This document shows positions 54,262-64,000 of a stretch of 64,000 nt of DNA, in pieces. Position 1 is the first letter of the stretch, and every line of letters begins with the position of its first letter. Made by a program: the position numbers and the translations under genes. The DNA is from an uncultured Acidobacteriota bacterium. GTDB taxonomy: Bacteria; Acidobacteriota; Vicinamibacteria; Vicinamibacterales; CAVVIG01. The DNA is taken from the NCBI GenBank assembly GCA_963792785.1, contig CAWBXO010000004.1:1282278-1346277 (forward strand), given 5' to 3'. A model generated the notes under the pieces. It had not been told where the DNA came from, ran no database searches, and was given only the letters and a program-made list of their open reading frames with translations.

Positions 54262-56892
54262 ATGCGTCGCGTCCTGGCCGGCGTGCTCCTCGCCGCCGTC
54301 GCCGTCCTCGGGTCACAGGCCGCGGGCCCGGTCGACAGCCCCGACACGTACTTCGGGTTCCGCATCGGGTCCGACAACCACCTCGCCCGCTGGGATCGCA
54401 TCGTCGACTACCTGAAGCTGACAGCCGAGTCGTCCGACCGCGTCCGCTACCGCGAGCTGGGGACGACGGCCGGCGGGCAGCCGTTCGTGCTGCTCGAGAT
54501 CAGCGCGCCCGACACTCTGCGCGATCTCGATCGCTACCGCGAGATGGAGCGGAAGCTGTACTTCCAGGGCGGCGCGCCGACGACGGCCGAGCGGGACGCG
54601 ATCGTCGCGCAGGGCAAGGTGGTGGTGCTCGTCACGTGCTCGATCCACGCGACGGAGGTCGGCGCCACGCAGATGTCGATCGAGCTGGTGCGCCGGCTCG
54701 CGACGGACGACTCGCCGGAGGTGCGGAAGATCCTCGACAACGTGATCTTCCTGCTCGTGCCGAGCCTCAACCCGGACGGGCAGGTGCTCGTGACCGACTG
54801 GTTCAACAAGAACCTCGGCACGGAGTTCGCGAACAGCCCCCTGCCCTACCTCTACCATCCGTACGCGGGCCACGACAACAACCGCGACATGTACATGTTC
54901 AACCTCGACGAGAGCCGGTGGATGGCCAACCTGCTCTGGCACGACTGGTTCCCGTCGGTGTGGCTGGACGAGCACGAGATGGCGCGCGACGGGCCGCGAA
55001 TCTTCGTGATGCCGGCGACCGATCCGATCAACCCGAACGTGCATCCGCTGATCTACCGGTGGAACACGATCCTCGGGCAATCGCAGGCGGCGGCGCTCGA
55101 GGCCGAGGGCAAGACCGGCATCATCCACAACTCCACGTACACGAACTTCTGGGAAGGCGCGATGGCGTGGAGCGGCTGGTGGCACAACGAGATCGGGCTG
55201 CTCACCGAGGTCGCGGGCGTGCGCATCGCCTCGCCGATCGACCAGCAGCGCGCCACGCTCAACCAGCCGCCCGATCCGCAGCGGCGCGCGAGCTCGGCCT
55301 TCTCGCTCGGCAACCTGCTGCCGGCGCCGACCGACGTGATCGCGCGCACCGAGTATCCGCGGCCGTGGCTCGGCGGCCACTGGACGCTGCGCGACATCGT
55401 CGACTACGAGCTGACCGCCACGATGGCGCTGCTCGAGACGACGGCGGATCGCCGCGAGGCGATCGTGAGCCAGATCTACGAGGTGAACCGGCAGACGATC
55501 GCGGACGGCGACAAGGGCAATCCCTCGGCGATCCTGATCCCGGCGCGTCAGGCGGATCCGCGCGAGGCCGCCCATCTGGTGGGCCGCCTGATGCTCGGCG
55601 GCGTCCAGGTGTACCGCGCCGATCAGGCGTTCGTCGCGGATCGCGTCTGGTACGGCGCCGGCACCTACGTGATCCCGATGGCGCAGGTCTTCTCGCGCTT
55701 CGCCAAGGACGTGCTCGAGGTGCAGAGCTATCCCGAAATCCGGCGCGCGGCCGAGGACGGCGCGGACTCGCCCTACGACGTGACGGCCTGGACGCTCGGC
55801 ATGCAGATGGGCGTCCGGACCCAGATGATCGCCGACCCCCTCCCGGTGTCGCTCGCGCTGACACGGCTCGACGAGGAGCCGCACGACGACGGCGGGATCC
55901 GCGGCAACGGCACGACGTTCACGTTCCCCTATCACGGCGCCGACTCGGCCATCGCCGTGAACCGGCTGCTCGGCGCCGGGGCGAGCGTCACGCTCGAGAC
56001 GGCGGCCTCGGGCGCGCGGGCCGTGGCGAGCGGCGTGCCGCGCGCCCGGATGGCGTCGATCGCCGGCGACCTCGGCCTCGACGTCGCCGCGGGCGCCCGG
56101 CCGTCCGACGCGCGCCCCGGCTCGGCGATGCCGCTGCGCCAGCCGCGCGTCGGCCTGTACCAGCCGTGGACCGGCGACGGCCTCGACGAAGGCTGGACGC
56201 GGTGGCTGTTCGAGCACTACGAGTTCCCGTTCACCACGGTGCACAACAACGACATCCGCGCCGGCGCGCTCGACACGCGCTTCGACGCGATCGTGATCGC
56301 GGATCAGGATCCCGATTCGATCCTGACCGGCTTCGACTCGCTGGCGATCCGCCCCGAGTACCGCGGCGGCATCGGGCAGCAGGGCCTCGAGGCCCTCGTC
56401 GCGTTCGTCCAGGCGGGCGGCACGCTCATCACGCTCGGCCGCGCGTCCGACCTCGTGATCGAGCACCTGCCGGTGCCGGTCCGGAACGTGAAGGACACTC
56501 TCGGCCGCGACGATCACTTCGCGCCCGGCACGATCCTGCGCGTCCAGGTCGACACGCAGCACCCGATGGGCTACGGCATGCCCGCCGAGACGTACGCCTT
56601 CTACGACAACAGCCCGTTCTTCATGATCGGGGAGGGCTTCGCCTCGTGGCACACCTCGGCCGTCGTGCGCTACCCGAACACCGAGGTGCTGGCGTCAGGC
56701 TGGATGAAGGGCGGCGCGCTGATGCAAGGCCGGGCGGCGGTCGTCTCGATCGAGACGAACCCCGGGCGCATCGTGCTCTTCGGGATCCGCCCGCAGCACC
56801 GGGGCCAGACGCACGTCACCTTCCCCCTCCTCTTCAACGCGCTGTATCTCTCCGCGGTCGACGGCCCACTTCCCTCGGGCGCCACCCAGTAG
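54262..56892 (+). CDS. M14 family metallocarboxypeptidase-like protein with a C-terminal amidotransferase-like domain
   Basis: Signal peptide MRRVLAGVLLAAVAVLG. Zinc motif CSIHATE, LVPSLNPDG, HDNNRD. Long C-terminal extension. Confidence 0.75.
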   Translation: MRRVLAGVLLAAVAVLGSQAAGPVDSPDTYFGFRIGSDNHLARWDRIVDYLKLTAESSDRVRYRELGTTAGGQPFVLLEISAPDTLRDLDRYREMERKLYFQGGAPTTAERDAIVAQGKVVVLVTCSIHATEVGATQMSIELVRRLATDDSPEVRKILDNVIFLLVPSLNPDGQVLVTDWFNKNLGTEFANSPLPYLYHPYAGHDNNRDMYMFNLDESRWMANLLWHDWFPSVWLDEHEMARDGPRIFVMPATDPINPNVHPLIYRWNTILGQSQAAALEAEGKTGIIHNSTYTNFWEGAMAWSGWWHNEIGLLTEVAGVRIASPIDQQRATLNQPPDPQRRASSAFSLGNLLPAPTDVIARTEYPRPWLGGHWTLRDIVDYELTATMALLETTADRREAIVSQIYEVNRQTIADGDKGNPSAILIPARQADPREAAHLVGRLMLGGVQVYRADQAFVADRVWYGAGTYVIPMAQVFSRFAKDVLEVQSYPEIRRAAEDGADSPYDVTAWTLGMQMGVRTQMIADPLPVSLALTRLDEEPHDDGGIRGNGTTFTFPYHGADSAIAVNRLLGAGASVTLETAASGARAVASGVPRARMASIAGDLGLDVAAGARPSDARPGSAMPLRQPRVGLYQPWTGDGLDEGWTRWLFEHYEFPFTTVHNNDIRAGALDTRFDAIVIADQDPDSILTGFDSLAIRPEYRGGIGQQGLEALVAFVQAGGTLITLGRASDLVIEHLPVPVRNVKDTLGRDDHFAPGTILRVQVDTQHPMGYGMPAETYAFYDNSPFFMIGEGFASWHTSAVVRYPNTEVLASGWMKGGALMQGRAAVVSIETNPGRIVLFGIRPQHRGQTHVTFPLLFNALYLSAVDGPLPSGATQ

Positions 56893-56903
56893 CCGGGTGT
56901 AAC

Positions 56904-57407
56904 ATGCCGGGAGTGCCCGGTCCGCTCTCCGAGTCCGCGATTCCACCCTCGAGTGCCGGCGGCACGTTCGACCGCCGGACGTTTCTCGACTCCCTGCTGA
57001 TGGTCGGGTTCGTCTCCACCGCCGCGGCGATGGCGTATCCGGTGGCCCGCTATCTGGTGCCGCCGCCGAGCGGCGAGCCCGAGACGATGACGGCCGTCGC
57101 CGGCGCGGCGGGCGATCTCCCGCCGAACAGCGGCCGCGTGTTCAAGTTCGGCGCCCTGCCGGGACTGATCCTGCGCACGCCCGACGGCGAACTGCGTGCA
57201 TTCACCGCCGTGTGCACGCACCTGCAGTGCACCGTGCAGTACAAGGCCGACACGTCGCAGATCTGGTGCGCGTGCCACAACGGCTACTACGACCTGGCCG
57301 GCAACGTCGTCTCCGGCCCGCCGCCGCGTCCGCTGGAGCGGTTCGCGGTGAACCTCCGGGGCGATCCCGGCCGCGAGGACATCGTCGTGTCGCGCCAGGC
57401 GACCTGA
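56904..57407 (+). CDS. Rieske [2Fe-2S] subunit of a cytochrome bc-type complex
   Basis: Twin-arginine FDRRTFLDSL, one TM helix, and cluster motifs CTHLQC and CACHNG. Confidence 0.88.
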   Translation: MPGVPGPLSESAIPPSSAGGTFDRRTFLDSLLMVGFVSTAAAMAYPVARYLVPPPSGEPETMTAVAGAAGDLPPNSGRVFKFGALPGLILRTPDGELRAFTAVCTHLQCTVQYKADTSQIWCACHNGYYDLAGNVVSGPPPRPLERFAVNLRGDPGREDIVVSRQAT

Positions 57408-57425
57408 GGCGCCTTCAGGCATCCC

Positions 57426-58514
57426 ATGCTGCAGCGCACCATCGACTGGATCGACGAGCGGGTGGATCTGAGCGGGATCCGCCACTTCGTGGCCGAGAAG
57501 GGCGTGCCGATCCACACGCAGAAGCTGTGGTACTACCTGGGCGGCCTCACGCTGTTCCTGTTCGTCGTGCAGGTGACCACCGGCATCCTGCTGCTGCTCT
57601 ACTACCGCCCGAGCGCGTCGGAAGCCTACGAGAGCGTCCAGTTCATCGTCACCAAAGTGGAGTTCGGCTGGCTGATCCGCAATATCCACAGCTGGTCGGC
57701 CAACCTGCTCATCGCGGCCGCGTTCGCGCACTTCTTCAGCGTGTTTCTTCTCAAGGCGTACCGCAAGCCGCGCGAGATGACGTGGGTGAGCGGCGCGCTC
57801 CTCCTGTTCCTCATGCTCGCCTTCGGGTTCAGCGGCTACCTGCTGCCGTGGAACGAGCTCTCGTTCTTCGCCACGAAGGTCGGCACCGGCATCGCCGGCA
57901 CCGTGCCGTTCATCGGCGGCTTCATGATGCGCCTGCTCCGCGGCGGCGACGATGTGACGGGCGCGACGCTCTCGCGGTTCTACGGCCTGCACGTCGCCAT
58001 CCTGCCGGCGGTCACGACCGCGCTGGTCGCCGTGCACCTGCTCCTGGTCCAGCGCCAGGGCATGAGCGTGCCGCCCGGGATCGAACGGCAGCTCAAGCCG
58101 GGCGAGAAGCTGCGGCAGATGCCGTTCTTCCCGAACTACATCCTGCGCGACGTCCTCGCGTGGTACATCGCGCTGGCGGTGCTGGCGGCGCTCGCCGCCT
58201 TCCTCCCGTGGGAGCTGGGCACGAAGGCCGATCCGTTCGCGCCCGTGCCGGCGGGCATCCGGCCCGAGTGGTACTTCCTCGCGATGTTCCACACGCTCAA
58301 GCTGGTGCCGGCCCACGTGTTCGGCATCGAGGGCGATCGGCTGGGCGTGCTGGCCTTCGGGCTGGTGGCGGCGTTCCTGGTGCTGGTGCCGTTCCTCGAT
58401 CGGCGCGCGTCGCAGGGCAAGAAGAGCCCGGTCTTCACGGCGCTGGCGATCGCGGGGCTCCTCTACCTCGTGATCTTCACCATCATCGGGTACTACGCGA
58501 GTGTGAACGGATGA
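57426..58514 (+). CDS. cytochrome b (fused b6 plus subunit IV type)
   Basis: 362 aa with [32 protein letters not shown], and PEWYFL in the C-terminal part. Confidence 0.9.
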   Translation: MLQRTIDWIDERVDLSGIRHFVAEKGVPIHTQKLWYYLGGLTLFLFVVQVTTGILLLLYYRPSASEAYESVQFIVTKVEFGWLIRNIHSWSANLLIAAAFAHFFSVFLLKAYRKPREMTWVSGALLLFLMLAFGFSGYLLPWNELSFFATKVGTGIAGTVPFIGGFMMRLLRGGDDVTGATLSRFYGLHVAILPAVTTALVAVHLLLVQRQGMSVPPGIERQLKPGEKLRQMPFFPNYILRDVLAWYIALAVLAALAAFLPWELGTKADPFAPVPAGIRPEWYFLAMFHTLKLVPAHVFGIEGDRLGVLAFGLVAAFLVLVPFLDRRASQGKKSPVFTALAIAGLLYLVIFTIIGYYASVNG

Positions 58515-59779
58515 GATACGCGCGCATCGTATGCATCGGCGCGGGACTTCTGCTGGCGGCGGCCGGGGTGCGGGCCCAGGCGCCCGCGGCGGCGGTGAAC
58601 ACCTGCCTGTCGTGCCACGCGGGGCTGACGGACGCGCGCCTGTCGGAGCCCACGCGGCTGTTCTCCGGCACGGACGTCCACCGCGATCGGGGCTTCGCGT
58701 GCGTCGACTGCCACGGCGGCGACGCGACGGCCGCCGACGAGGCCGGCGCGCACAGCGCCGCCCGCGGCTTCCACGGCGCGCCGCGCGGGCAGGCGCAGAT
58801 CGCGGCGTGCGCCCGCTGCCACAGCGACGCGGCGCTGATGCGGCGGTTCGCGCCGAGCGAGCGCGTGGACCAGGCGGCGGAGTACGCGACGAGCGTGCAC
58901 GGCGCGCGCCTCGCCCAGGGCGACACGAAGGTCGCCACGTGCGCGAGCTGCCATGGCGCGCACGGCATTCGGCCCGTCGCCGACGCGCAGTCGCCCGTCT
59001 ACCCGACGCACGTCGCCGAGACCTGCGCGGCGTGCCACGCCGATCCGCAGCACATGGCCGGGTACACGCTGCCGGACGGCTCGCCGCTGCCGACCACGCA
59101 GTTCGCGGAGTACCAGACCAGCGTGCACCATCAGGCGATGGTCGAGGGCAACGACCTCTCGGCGCCGACGTGCAACGACTGCCACGGCAACCACGGCGCC
59201 ACGCCGCCCGGGGTGGACTCGATCGTCAACGTCTGCGGCACGTGCCACGCGGTGTTCGCGGAGAAATTCGCGACGAGCGCGCATGCGTTCGTCTTCGATC
59301 GCGGCTGCGTGGAATGCCACGGCAACCACGCCGTGGCGCGGCCCACCGATGCGCTTCTCGGCACGGGCGACGGGGCGCTCTGCGGCACGTGCCACAGCGA
59401 CGACACGGGCTCGGCGGCGGCGCAGCACATGCGCGCGGCCATCGACGGCCTGAAGGACCGCTTCGCCACGTCGACCGCGCGCGTCGCGAGCCTGGGAAAC
59501 GCCGGCATCGAGGTGGGCGACGAGCAACTGAAGCTCCGCGAGGTCAGCAACGCCCTCACGCTGGCGCGCACCGACCTGCACGCCTTCACGCCGACCGCCG
59601 TCGACGCGGCGGTGGCCGGAGGGATCTCCGCCCTGGACGAGGTCGATGCCGCCGGCGACGCCGGGGCGAAGGAGCTGAGCTTCCGCCGCCGCGGCCTCGC
59701 GGTGTCGCTCGGCCTGATCCTGTTGTTCGTGATCGCGCTGGCGCTCAAGATCCGCAGCATCGATCGCCGCGCTGACTAG
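58511..59779 (+). CDS. nine-heme c-type cytochrome with a C-terminal membrane anchor
   Basis: ATG 58511 overlaps the cytochrome b stop (ATGA). Signal peptide. Nine CXXCH motifs: CLSCH, CVDCH, CARCH, CASCH, CAACH, CNDCH, CGTCH, CVECH, CGTCH. C-terminal TM helix [17 protein letters not shown]. Confidence 0.88.
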   Translation: MRYARIVCIGAGLLLAAAGVRAQAPAAAVNTCLSCHAGLTDARLSEPTRLFSGTDVHRDRGFACVDCHGGDATAADEAGAHSAARGFHGAPRGQAQIAACARCHSDAALMRRFAPSERVDQAAEYATSVHGARLAQGDTKVATCASCHGAHGIRPVADAQSPVYPTHVAETCAACHADPQHMAGYTLPDGSPLPTTQFAEYQTSVHHQAMVEGNDLSAPTCNDCHGNHGATPPGVDSIVNVCGTCHAVFAEKFATSAHAFVFDRGCVECHGNHAVARPTDALLGTGDGALCGTCHSDDTGSAAAQHMRAAIDGLKDRFATSTARVASLGNAGIEVGDEQLKLREVSNALTLARTDLHAFTPTAVDAAVAGGISALDEVDAAGDAGAKELSFRRRGLAVSLGLILLFVIALALKIRSIDRRAD

Positions 59780-59783
59780 GTAG

Positions 59784-59803
59784 GGCGGGTCTTCAGACCC
59801 GCC
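59784..59803. terminator. REP-like hairpin GGCGGGTC-TTCA-GACCCGCC preceded by GTAG, between convergent genes
   Basis: 8-bp perfect stem between the TAG at 59777-59779 and the minus-strand stop at 59805-59807. It is the inverted orientation of the 51480 hairpin family. Confidence 0.5.
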
Positions 59804-59804
59804 G

Positions 59805-60278
59805 TCAGCCGATCGTGTCCAGCTGGCCGATGTGGTGCAGCTGGTGGCCGGCGATCATGTGGATGACCCAGTCCACCGTGATCGCGCCGTACTCCGGGTG
59901 CGCCATGGCGACCTCGCGCTGCGCGTCGGAGAGCCGGTCGAAGAGCGCGACGTTCATCCGGCCGATCGCCGCGAGGGCCGCGACCGCGTCGGGGCCGCTC
60001 AGCCAGGCGTCGAGCGCCATCCAGCCGTCCTGATCGAACTTCTGCGCTTCGTAGCCGGGCGTCGTGAGCGCCATGCGCGCGCGGTTGCCGAGCGCGAGCT
60101 CCGTCTCGGCGAGGTGCACCAGGATCTGGCGCGCGGTCCACTTGCCCGGCGCCAGGGGCCGTTCGTACTCGGCCGCGCCCCACGCGCGCGTCATCGCCTG
60201 CACGCGCGCGATCGAGTCGCGCATCGCCGCGAGGGGCTCGCGGTCGCCGAGCACGGCGCTGTACGTCGTCGTCGTCAT
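59805..60278 (-). CDS. DinB family protein
   Basis: 157 aa with WTARQILVHLAETE and IAGHQLHHIGQL (DinB-type His triad pattern). Confidence 0.75.
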   Translation of the reverse strand: MTTTTYSAVLGDREPLAAMRDSIARVQAMTRAWGAAEYERPLAPGKWTARQILVHLAETELALGNRARMALTTPGYEAQKFDQDGWMALDAWLSGPDAVAALAAIGRMNVALFDRLSDAQREVAMAHPEYGAITVDWVIHMIAGHQLHHIGQLDTIG

Positions 60279-60871
60279 AGCGTGGCCTGCACGACGGTCT
60301 TCTGGCTGCGATGCCGCCGCAGCAGCTCGGGGTGGATCTTCTTGGCGAGGTAGACCTTCGATTCCGCGTTGTCCGCGGGGTTCCGCTCGTACTTCACCAC
60401 CTCGAAGCGGAGGTGGTCGAGCGTGCCGCGCATCTCGTAGAACCGGTTCTTCGTCTTCACGACGATCTCGTCGAACCCCTGCTCGCTGGCCCAGAGCTCC
60501 TGCTGCTCGGTGAGCGCGCGGAAGTGGCCCTGGCCGCGCCAGTCGCTCCGCGTGCCGCCGATCCAGGTGTAGAGCACGTGGCGGCCCTCGAACTGCACGT
60601 GGCCGTCGAGACGGGCCACGAGGTCCGCGAGCTTCGGGTCGGTTTCGACGGCGCGAAGCTCGTGGGCCACCTTGAACGACGCCGGCACGACGACGCCGGG
60701 ATCGTCGGGGAGCGGCGCGCTGGCCATCAGGATGAGGTGGCGGCGGTCGGCGAGGCGCGCCACGATCTCGGTCGCGCTCTTCTTCCGCGGGAACTCCCAG
60801 AAGAACTCCTCGATGTACTGAATCTCGAGGGCGCCCTGCTCCAGGGGGTACTGCGTGATGCGGTATTCCAT
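60275..60871 (-). CDS. GNAT family N-acetyltransferase-like protein
   Basis: About 199 aa from ATG 60871. The acetyl-CoA loop-like RGQGHFRAL is followed by GFDEIVVKT. The fold assignment is weak. Confidence 0.55.
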   Translation of the reverse strand: MEYRITQYPLEQGALEIQYIEEFFWEFPRKKSATEIVARLADRRHLILMASAPLPDDPGVVVPASFKVAHELRAVETDPKLADLVARLDGHVQFEGRHVLYTWIGGTRSDWRGQGHFRALTEQQELWASEQGFDEIVVKTKNRFYEMRGTLDHLRFEVVKYERNPADNAESKVYLAKKIHPELLRRHRSQKTVVQATL

Positions 60872-60881
60872 CGCCACCGGG

Positions 60882-62603
60882 TCAGCCCCCCTGCCGCCCG
60901 GCGATGCGGGCCCAGGTGTCGCGCAGCGACACCGTGCGGTTGAACACGAGCGCGTCCGGCGTCGTGTCGGGATCGACGCAGAAGTAGCCAAGCCGCTCGA
61001 ACTGCACGCGCGTGCCGGGCGCCGCGCCCGCCATGCCGGGCTCGATCCGGCAGCCGCGCAGGACTTCGAGCGAGGCGGGGTTCAGGAAATCGATGAACGT
61101 CTGGCCCTCGGGGGCCTGCTCGGGATCCTCGACGGAGAACAGCCGATCGTAGAGCCGCACCTCGGCCGGCACGGCGTGCGCCACCGACACCCAGTGCAGC
61201 GTCGCCTTCACGCGCCGCCGGTCGGGGGCGTCGCCGCCGCGGGTGGCCGGGTCGTAGGTGCACCGCAGCTCCACGATCTCGCCCGCGTCGTTCTTCACGA
61301 CGTCGGTGCACGTGATGAAGTAGGCGCACCGCAGCCGCACCTCGCGCCCCGGCGCCAGGCGGAAGAACTTCTTCGGCGGCGCCTCCATGAAATCCTCGTG
61401 CTCGAGAAACAGCTCGCGCGAGAACGGCACGGGGCGCGTGCCCGCGGACGGGTCCTCGGGGTTGTTGATCACGTCCACCATCTCGACCTGGCCCTCGGGA
61501 TAGTTCGTGATCACGACTTTCAGCGGCCGGAGCACGCCCATCACGCGCGGCACGCGCCGGTTCAGGTCCTCGCGCATGCTGTGCTCCAGCTGCGCGACGT
61601 CGATCACGTTCTCTTTCCGCGCCACGCCGATGCGGGCGCAGAAGTCGCGGATCGCCTCGGGCGTGCAGCCGCGGCGCCGCAGGCCGACGATCGTCGGCAT
61701 CCGGGGATCGTCCCAGTCCGCGACGTGCCCCTGCTCGACGAGCTGCAGCAGCTTCCGCTTGCTCATCACCGTGTAGTTCAGGTTCAGCCGCGCGAACTCG
61801 TACTGGCGCGGCCGGTCGTTCGGGAACAGGTGCGCCACGAGCCAGTCGTACAGCGGCCGGTGATCCTCGAACTCCAGCGTGCAGAGCGAGTGCGTGATGC
61901 CCTCGATCGCGTCGGACAGCGGGTGCGCGAAGTCGTACATCGGATAGATGCACCAGGCGCTGCCCGTGCGGTGGTGCGACGCGTGCCGGATCCGGTACAG
62001 CGTCGGGTCGCGCATGTTCATGTTGGGCGACGCCATGTCGATCTTCGCGCGCAGCACCAGCGCGCCGTCCGGAAATTCACCCGCCCGCATCCGCGCGAAC
62101 AGGTCGAGGCTCTCCTCCACGGGCCGGTCGCGGTACGGGCTGTTGCGTCCGGGCTCGGTGAGCGTGCCCCGATACGCGCGGATCTGGTCGGCGTTCAGGC
62201 TGTCCACATACGCGAGGCCCTTCCCGACGAGGTCGGCCGCCAGCCCGTACAGCCGCTCGAAGTAGTCCGACGCGTACCGCAGCTCGTGCCACGTGAAGCC
62301 GAGCCACGCGACGTCTTCCTTGATGGCGTCTACGTACTCGACGTCTTCCTTCGTCGGGTTCGTGTCGTCGAGGCGCAGGTTGCACGTGCCGCCGAACTCG
62401 GCGGCGATCCCGAAGTTCAGGCAGATCGACTTGGCGTGCCCGATGTGCAGGTAGCCGTTCGGCTCGGGTGGAAACCGCGTCGCCACGCGGCCGCCGTGCT
62501 TCCCCGCCGCGACATCGTCCTCGACGATGGCGCGGATGAAGTCGGTCCCGGCGGCAATCGGCGTGTCAGGTTCGGTATTCCCGGGCTTCATGAATCCGAT
62601 CAT
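60882..62603 (-). CDS. glnS: glutamine--tRNA ligase
   Basis: [16 protein letters not shown] (HIGH), VMSKRKL (KMSKS) and RLDDTNP. The start is ATG 62603 or 62591. Confidence 0.92.
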   Translation of the reverse strand: MIGFMKPGNTEPDTPIAAGTDFIRAIVEDDVAAGKHGGRVATRFPPEPNGYLHIGHAKSICLNFGIAAEFGGTCNLRLDDTNPTKEDVEYVDAIKEDVAWLGFTWHELRYASDYFERLYGLAADLVGKGLAYVDSLNADQIRAYRGTLTEPGRNSPYRDRPVEESLDLFARMRAGEFPDGALVLRAKIDMASPNMNMRDPTLYRIRHASHHRTGSAWCIYPMYDFAHPLSDAIEGITHSLCTLEFEDHRPLYDWLVAHLFPNDRPRQYEFARLNLNYTVMSKRKLLQLVEQGHVADWDDPRMPTIVGLRRRGCTPEAIRDFCARIGVARKENVIDVAQLEHSMREDLNRRVPRVMGVLRPLKVVITNYPEGQVEMVDVINNPEDPSAGTRPVPFSRELFLEHEDFMEAPPKKFFRLAPGREVRLRCAYFITCTDVVKNDAGEIVELRCTYDPATRGGDAPDRRRVKATLHWVSVAHAVPAEVRLYDRLFSVEDPEQAPEGQTFIDFLNPASLEVLRGCRIEPGMAGAAPGTRVQFERLGYFCVDPDTTPDALVFNRTVSLRDTWARIAGRQGG

Positions 62604-62638
62604 TCTATAGGGAAAATCCCGGCGGCTATAATTCCCCC

Positions 62639-63478
62639 ATGGCGCTGACGACGCTGATCGAAACCGGCGAACTGGCCGCAAACATGGCGGATCCCTCGTT
62701 CGTGATCGTGGACTGCCGGTTCCAGCTCGCCGACACCGGCTGGGGCGAACGCGCGTACGCCGCCGGCCACGTCCCGGGCGCCGCCTACGCCCATCTCGAT
62801 CGCGACCTCTCCGCGCCCGTCACCGGGACCAACGGCCGCCACCCGCTCCCGGATCCGGCCGTCGCCGCCGCGACGATGGGGCGCCTCGGCATCAGCCGCA
62901 ATGACCAGGTCGTGGTCTACGACCAGGACACCGGCGCCTGGGCCAGCCGGTTGTGGTGGATGCTGCGGTGGCTCGGCCACGACGCCGTCGCCGTGCTCAA
63001 CGGCGGCTTCGCGAAGTGGACCGCCGAGGGCCGGCCCGTGTCGACGGCGGCGGACGCCCCGGCGCCGCGGACGTTCACCGCGTCGCCTCGCCCCGAGATG
63101 CTCCTCACCGCGCGGGACGTCGCCGCCCGCCTCGGCGATCCGTCCTGGCGGCTGCTCGATGCGCGCGCGCCGGAACGGTACCGCGGCGACGTGGAGCCCA
63201 TCGATCGCGTCGGCGGCCACATCCCGGGCGCGACGAATCACCCGTTCGCGTCGAACGTGGACGCCAGCGGCGTGTTCCTCGCGGATGCCGCCGCGGGCCT
63301 GCGCGAAGCGCTCGGCGGCACGCCGCCCGATCGCGTCGTGAACTACTGCGGGTCCGGGGTCACGGCCTGCCACAACGTCCTCGCGCTCGAGCACGCGGGG
63401 CTGAAGGGCTCGACGCTGTACGGCGGATCGTGGAGCGAGTGGTCGAGCGATCCGGCGCGGCCGATTGAAAGGGGCTAG
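62639..63478 (+). CDS. sseA: 3-mercaptopyruvate/thiosulfate sulfurtransferase (tandem rhodanese domains)
   Basis: 279 aa with [19 protein letters not shown] and active-site loop YCGSGVTA. Confidence 0.88.
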   Translation: MALTTLIETGELAANMADPSFVIVDCRFQLADTGWGERAYAAGHVPGAAYAHLDRDLSAPVTGTNGRHPLPDPAVAAATMGRLGISRNDQVVVYDQDTGAWASRLWWMLRWLGHDAVAVLNGGFAKWTAEGRPVSTAADAPAPRTFTASPRPEMLLTARDVAARLGDPSWRLLDARAPERYRGDVEPIDRVGGHIPGATNHPFASNVDASGVFLADAAAGLREALGGTPPDRVVNYCGSGVTACHNVLALEHAGLKGSTLYGGSWSEWSSDPARPIERG

Positions 63479-63524
63479 TCCGGCCACCTTGACACCCTGA
63501 CCGCCACGGTCCACACTCCCCGCC

Positions 63525-64000
63525 ATGAGAGCAGGCATTCGTGCGTGGGCGGGGGCGGCGCTGGTCGCGGGGCTGACGACAGGGTCGTTCGGTTGCGCTC
63601 CGCGAGGCCCCGACCTGGCCGGCCGGTGGGATGCCACGGTCGTCGTGAACGGCGTCGACATCCCGTGCGCCTTTCAGATCACGGGGACGGGCGCCGGGAT
63701 GACGGGCGCCTTCTTCAACAGCTCGCTGCAGATCGTCTCGACCGGCACGACGATTGAGGGCGATAACGTGAGGTTCGCGTTCGATCAGTACGGCTCGGCG
63801 CTGAACCTCACCGCAACCGGCGACAGCCTCGAGGGCGAATGGGAGCGCGCCCGCGGACCGTATCCCTTCCATGCCGTCCGCGCGCAGGCCCGGGCGGCCC
63901 TGGCCGAACCGGCGCCGTCGATCGACGGCGTCTGGATCGTCAAGGCGCGCGGCTCGAAGAGCGAGGCCGCGTGGCGCTTCATCGTGAAGCAGCACGACGC
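63525..64000 (+). CDS. hypothetical lipoprotein; the 3' end runs off the window, so it is absent from the ORF track
   Basis: Hand translation gives MRAGIRAWAGAALVAGLTTGSFGC (lipobox-like) APRGPDLAGRWDATVVVNGVDIPCAFQITGTG... The frame stays open to position 64000. Confidence 0.55.
   Translation, partial: MRAGIRAWAGAALVAGLTTGSFGCAPRGPDLAGRWDATVVVNGVDIPCAFQITGTGAGMTGAFFNSSLQIVSTGTTIEGDNVRFAFDQYGSALNLTATGDSLEGEWERARGPYPFHAVRAQARAALAEPAPSIDGVWIVKARGSKSEAAWRFIVKQHD

Noticed and set aside
54313-56652. 779-aa minus-strand ORF and the 923-aa plus-strand frame 54636..57407
   Set aside because: The M14 peptidase frame (54262..56892) has the zinc-binding motifs. Only the last 167 codons of the 54636 frame are real; they are the Rieske gene from ATG 56904.

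Overview
This is a 64-kb, high-GC segment (about 70% by hand counts on sample lines) that looks like ordinary chromosome. The gene content suggests Acidobacteriota, but that is an inference: several VWA proteins of the acidobacterial type, an ADOP-type duplicated FtsX permease, UPF0182, and a PMT-like glycosyltransferase. I support 49 protein-coding genes and 3 apparent pseudogenes. Many of the longest ORFs in the track are Arg/Ala/Gly/Pro-rich antisense shadows of the real genes, and I rejected them. Recognisable content:
- Metabolism and translation: ino1 (partial), ispG, qor, type III glutamine synthetase (glnN), glnS, sseA.
- Topoisomerase IV: parC and parE, separated by 8.5 kb.
- Respiration: a Rieske/cytochrome b module coupled to a nine-heme membrane-anchored cytochrome c, plus two further c-type cytochromes.
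- Efflux: a TolC/adaptor/FtsX-permease operon with no ATPase gene.
- Regulator units: PadR-PspC and MarR-YceI.
- Metal genes: mbfA and a frameshifted ZIP transporter.

I saw no rRNA, tRNA, CRISPR array, transposase or integrase.

The most unusual signal is non-coding. Long intergenic palindromes (75-230 bp) have outer arms built from tandem 7-8-mers: CACAGAGG, GGTTCTGG, CYGTTAG, GTCGCAAG, GCAGGAAT. They sit exactly at gene 3' ends. Two of them (15161-15372 and 31886-32115) share the same modules, but their long central stems are unrelated in sequence and each is perfectly self-complementary.

Other points worth a second look:
- A tight operon of a 931-aa secreted protein of unknown function plus two VWA proteins, lying between parC and parE.
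- About 500 bp inside the VWA-TPR gene that carries roughly seven frameshifts.
- A lower-GC 770-bp segment bracketed by inverted GCAGGAAT arrays.
- An 818-aa FG-GAP/Cys-rich secreted protein.
- A lower-GC poly-Ser secreted protein.

All family names rest on motifs I read by eye. No database search was run.
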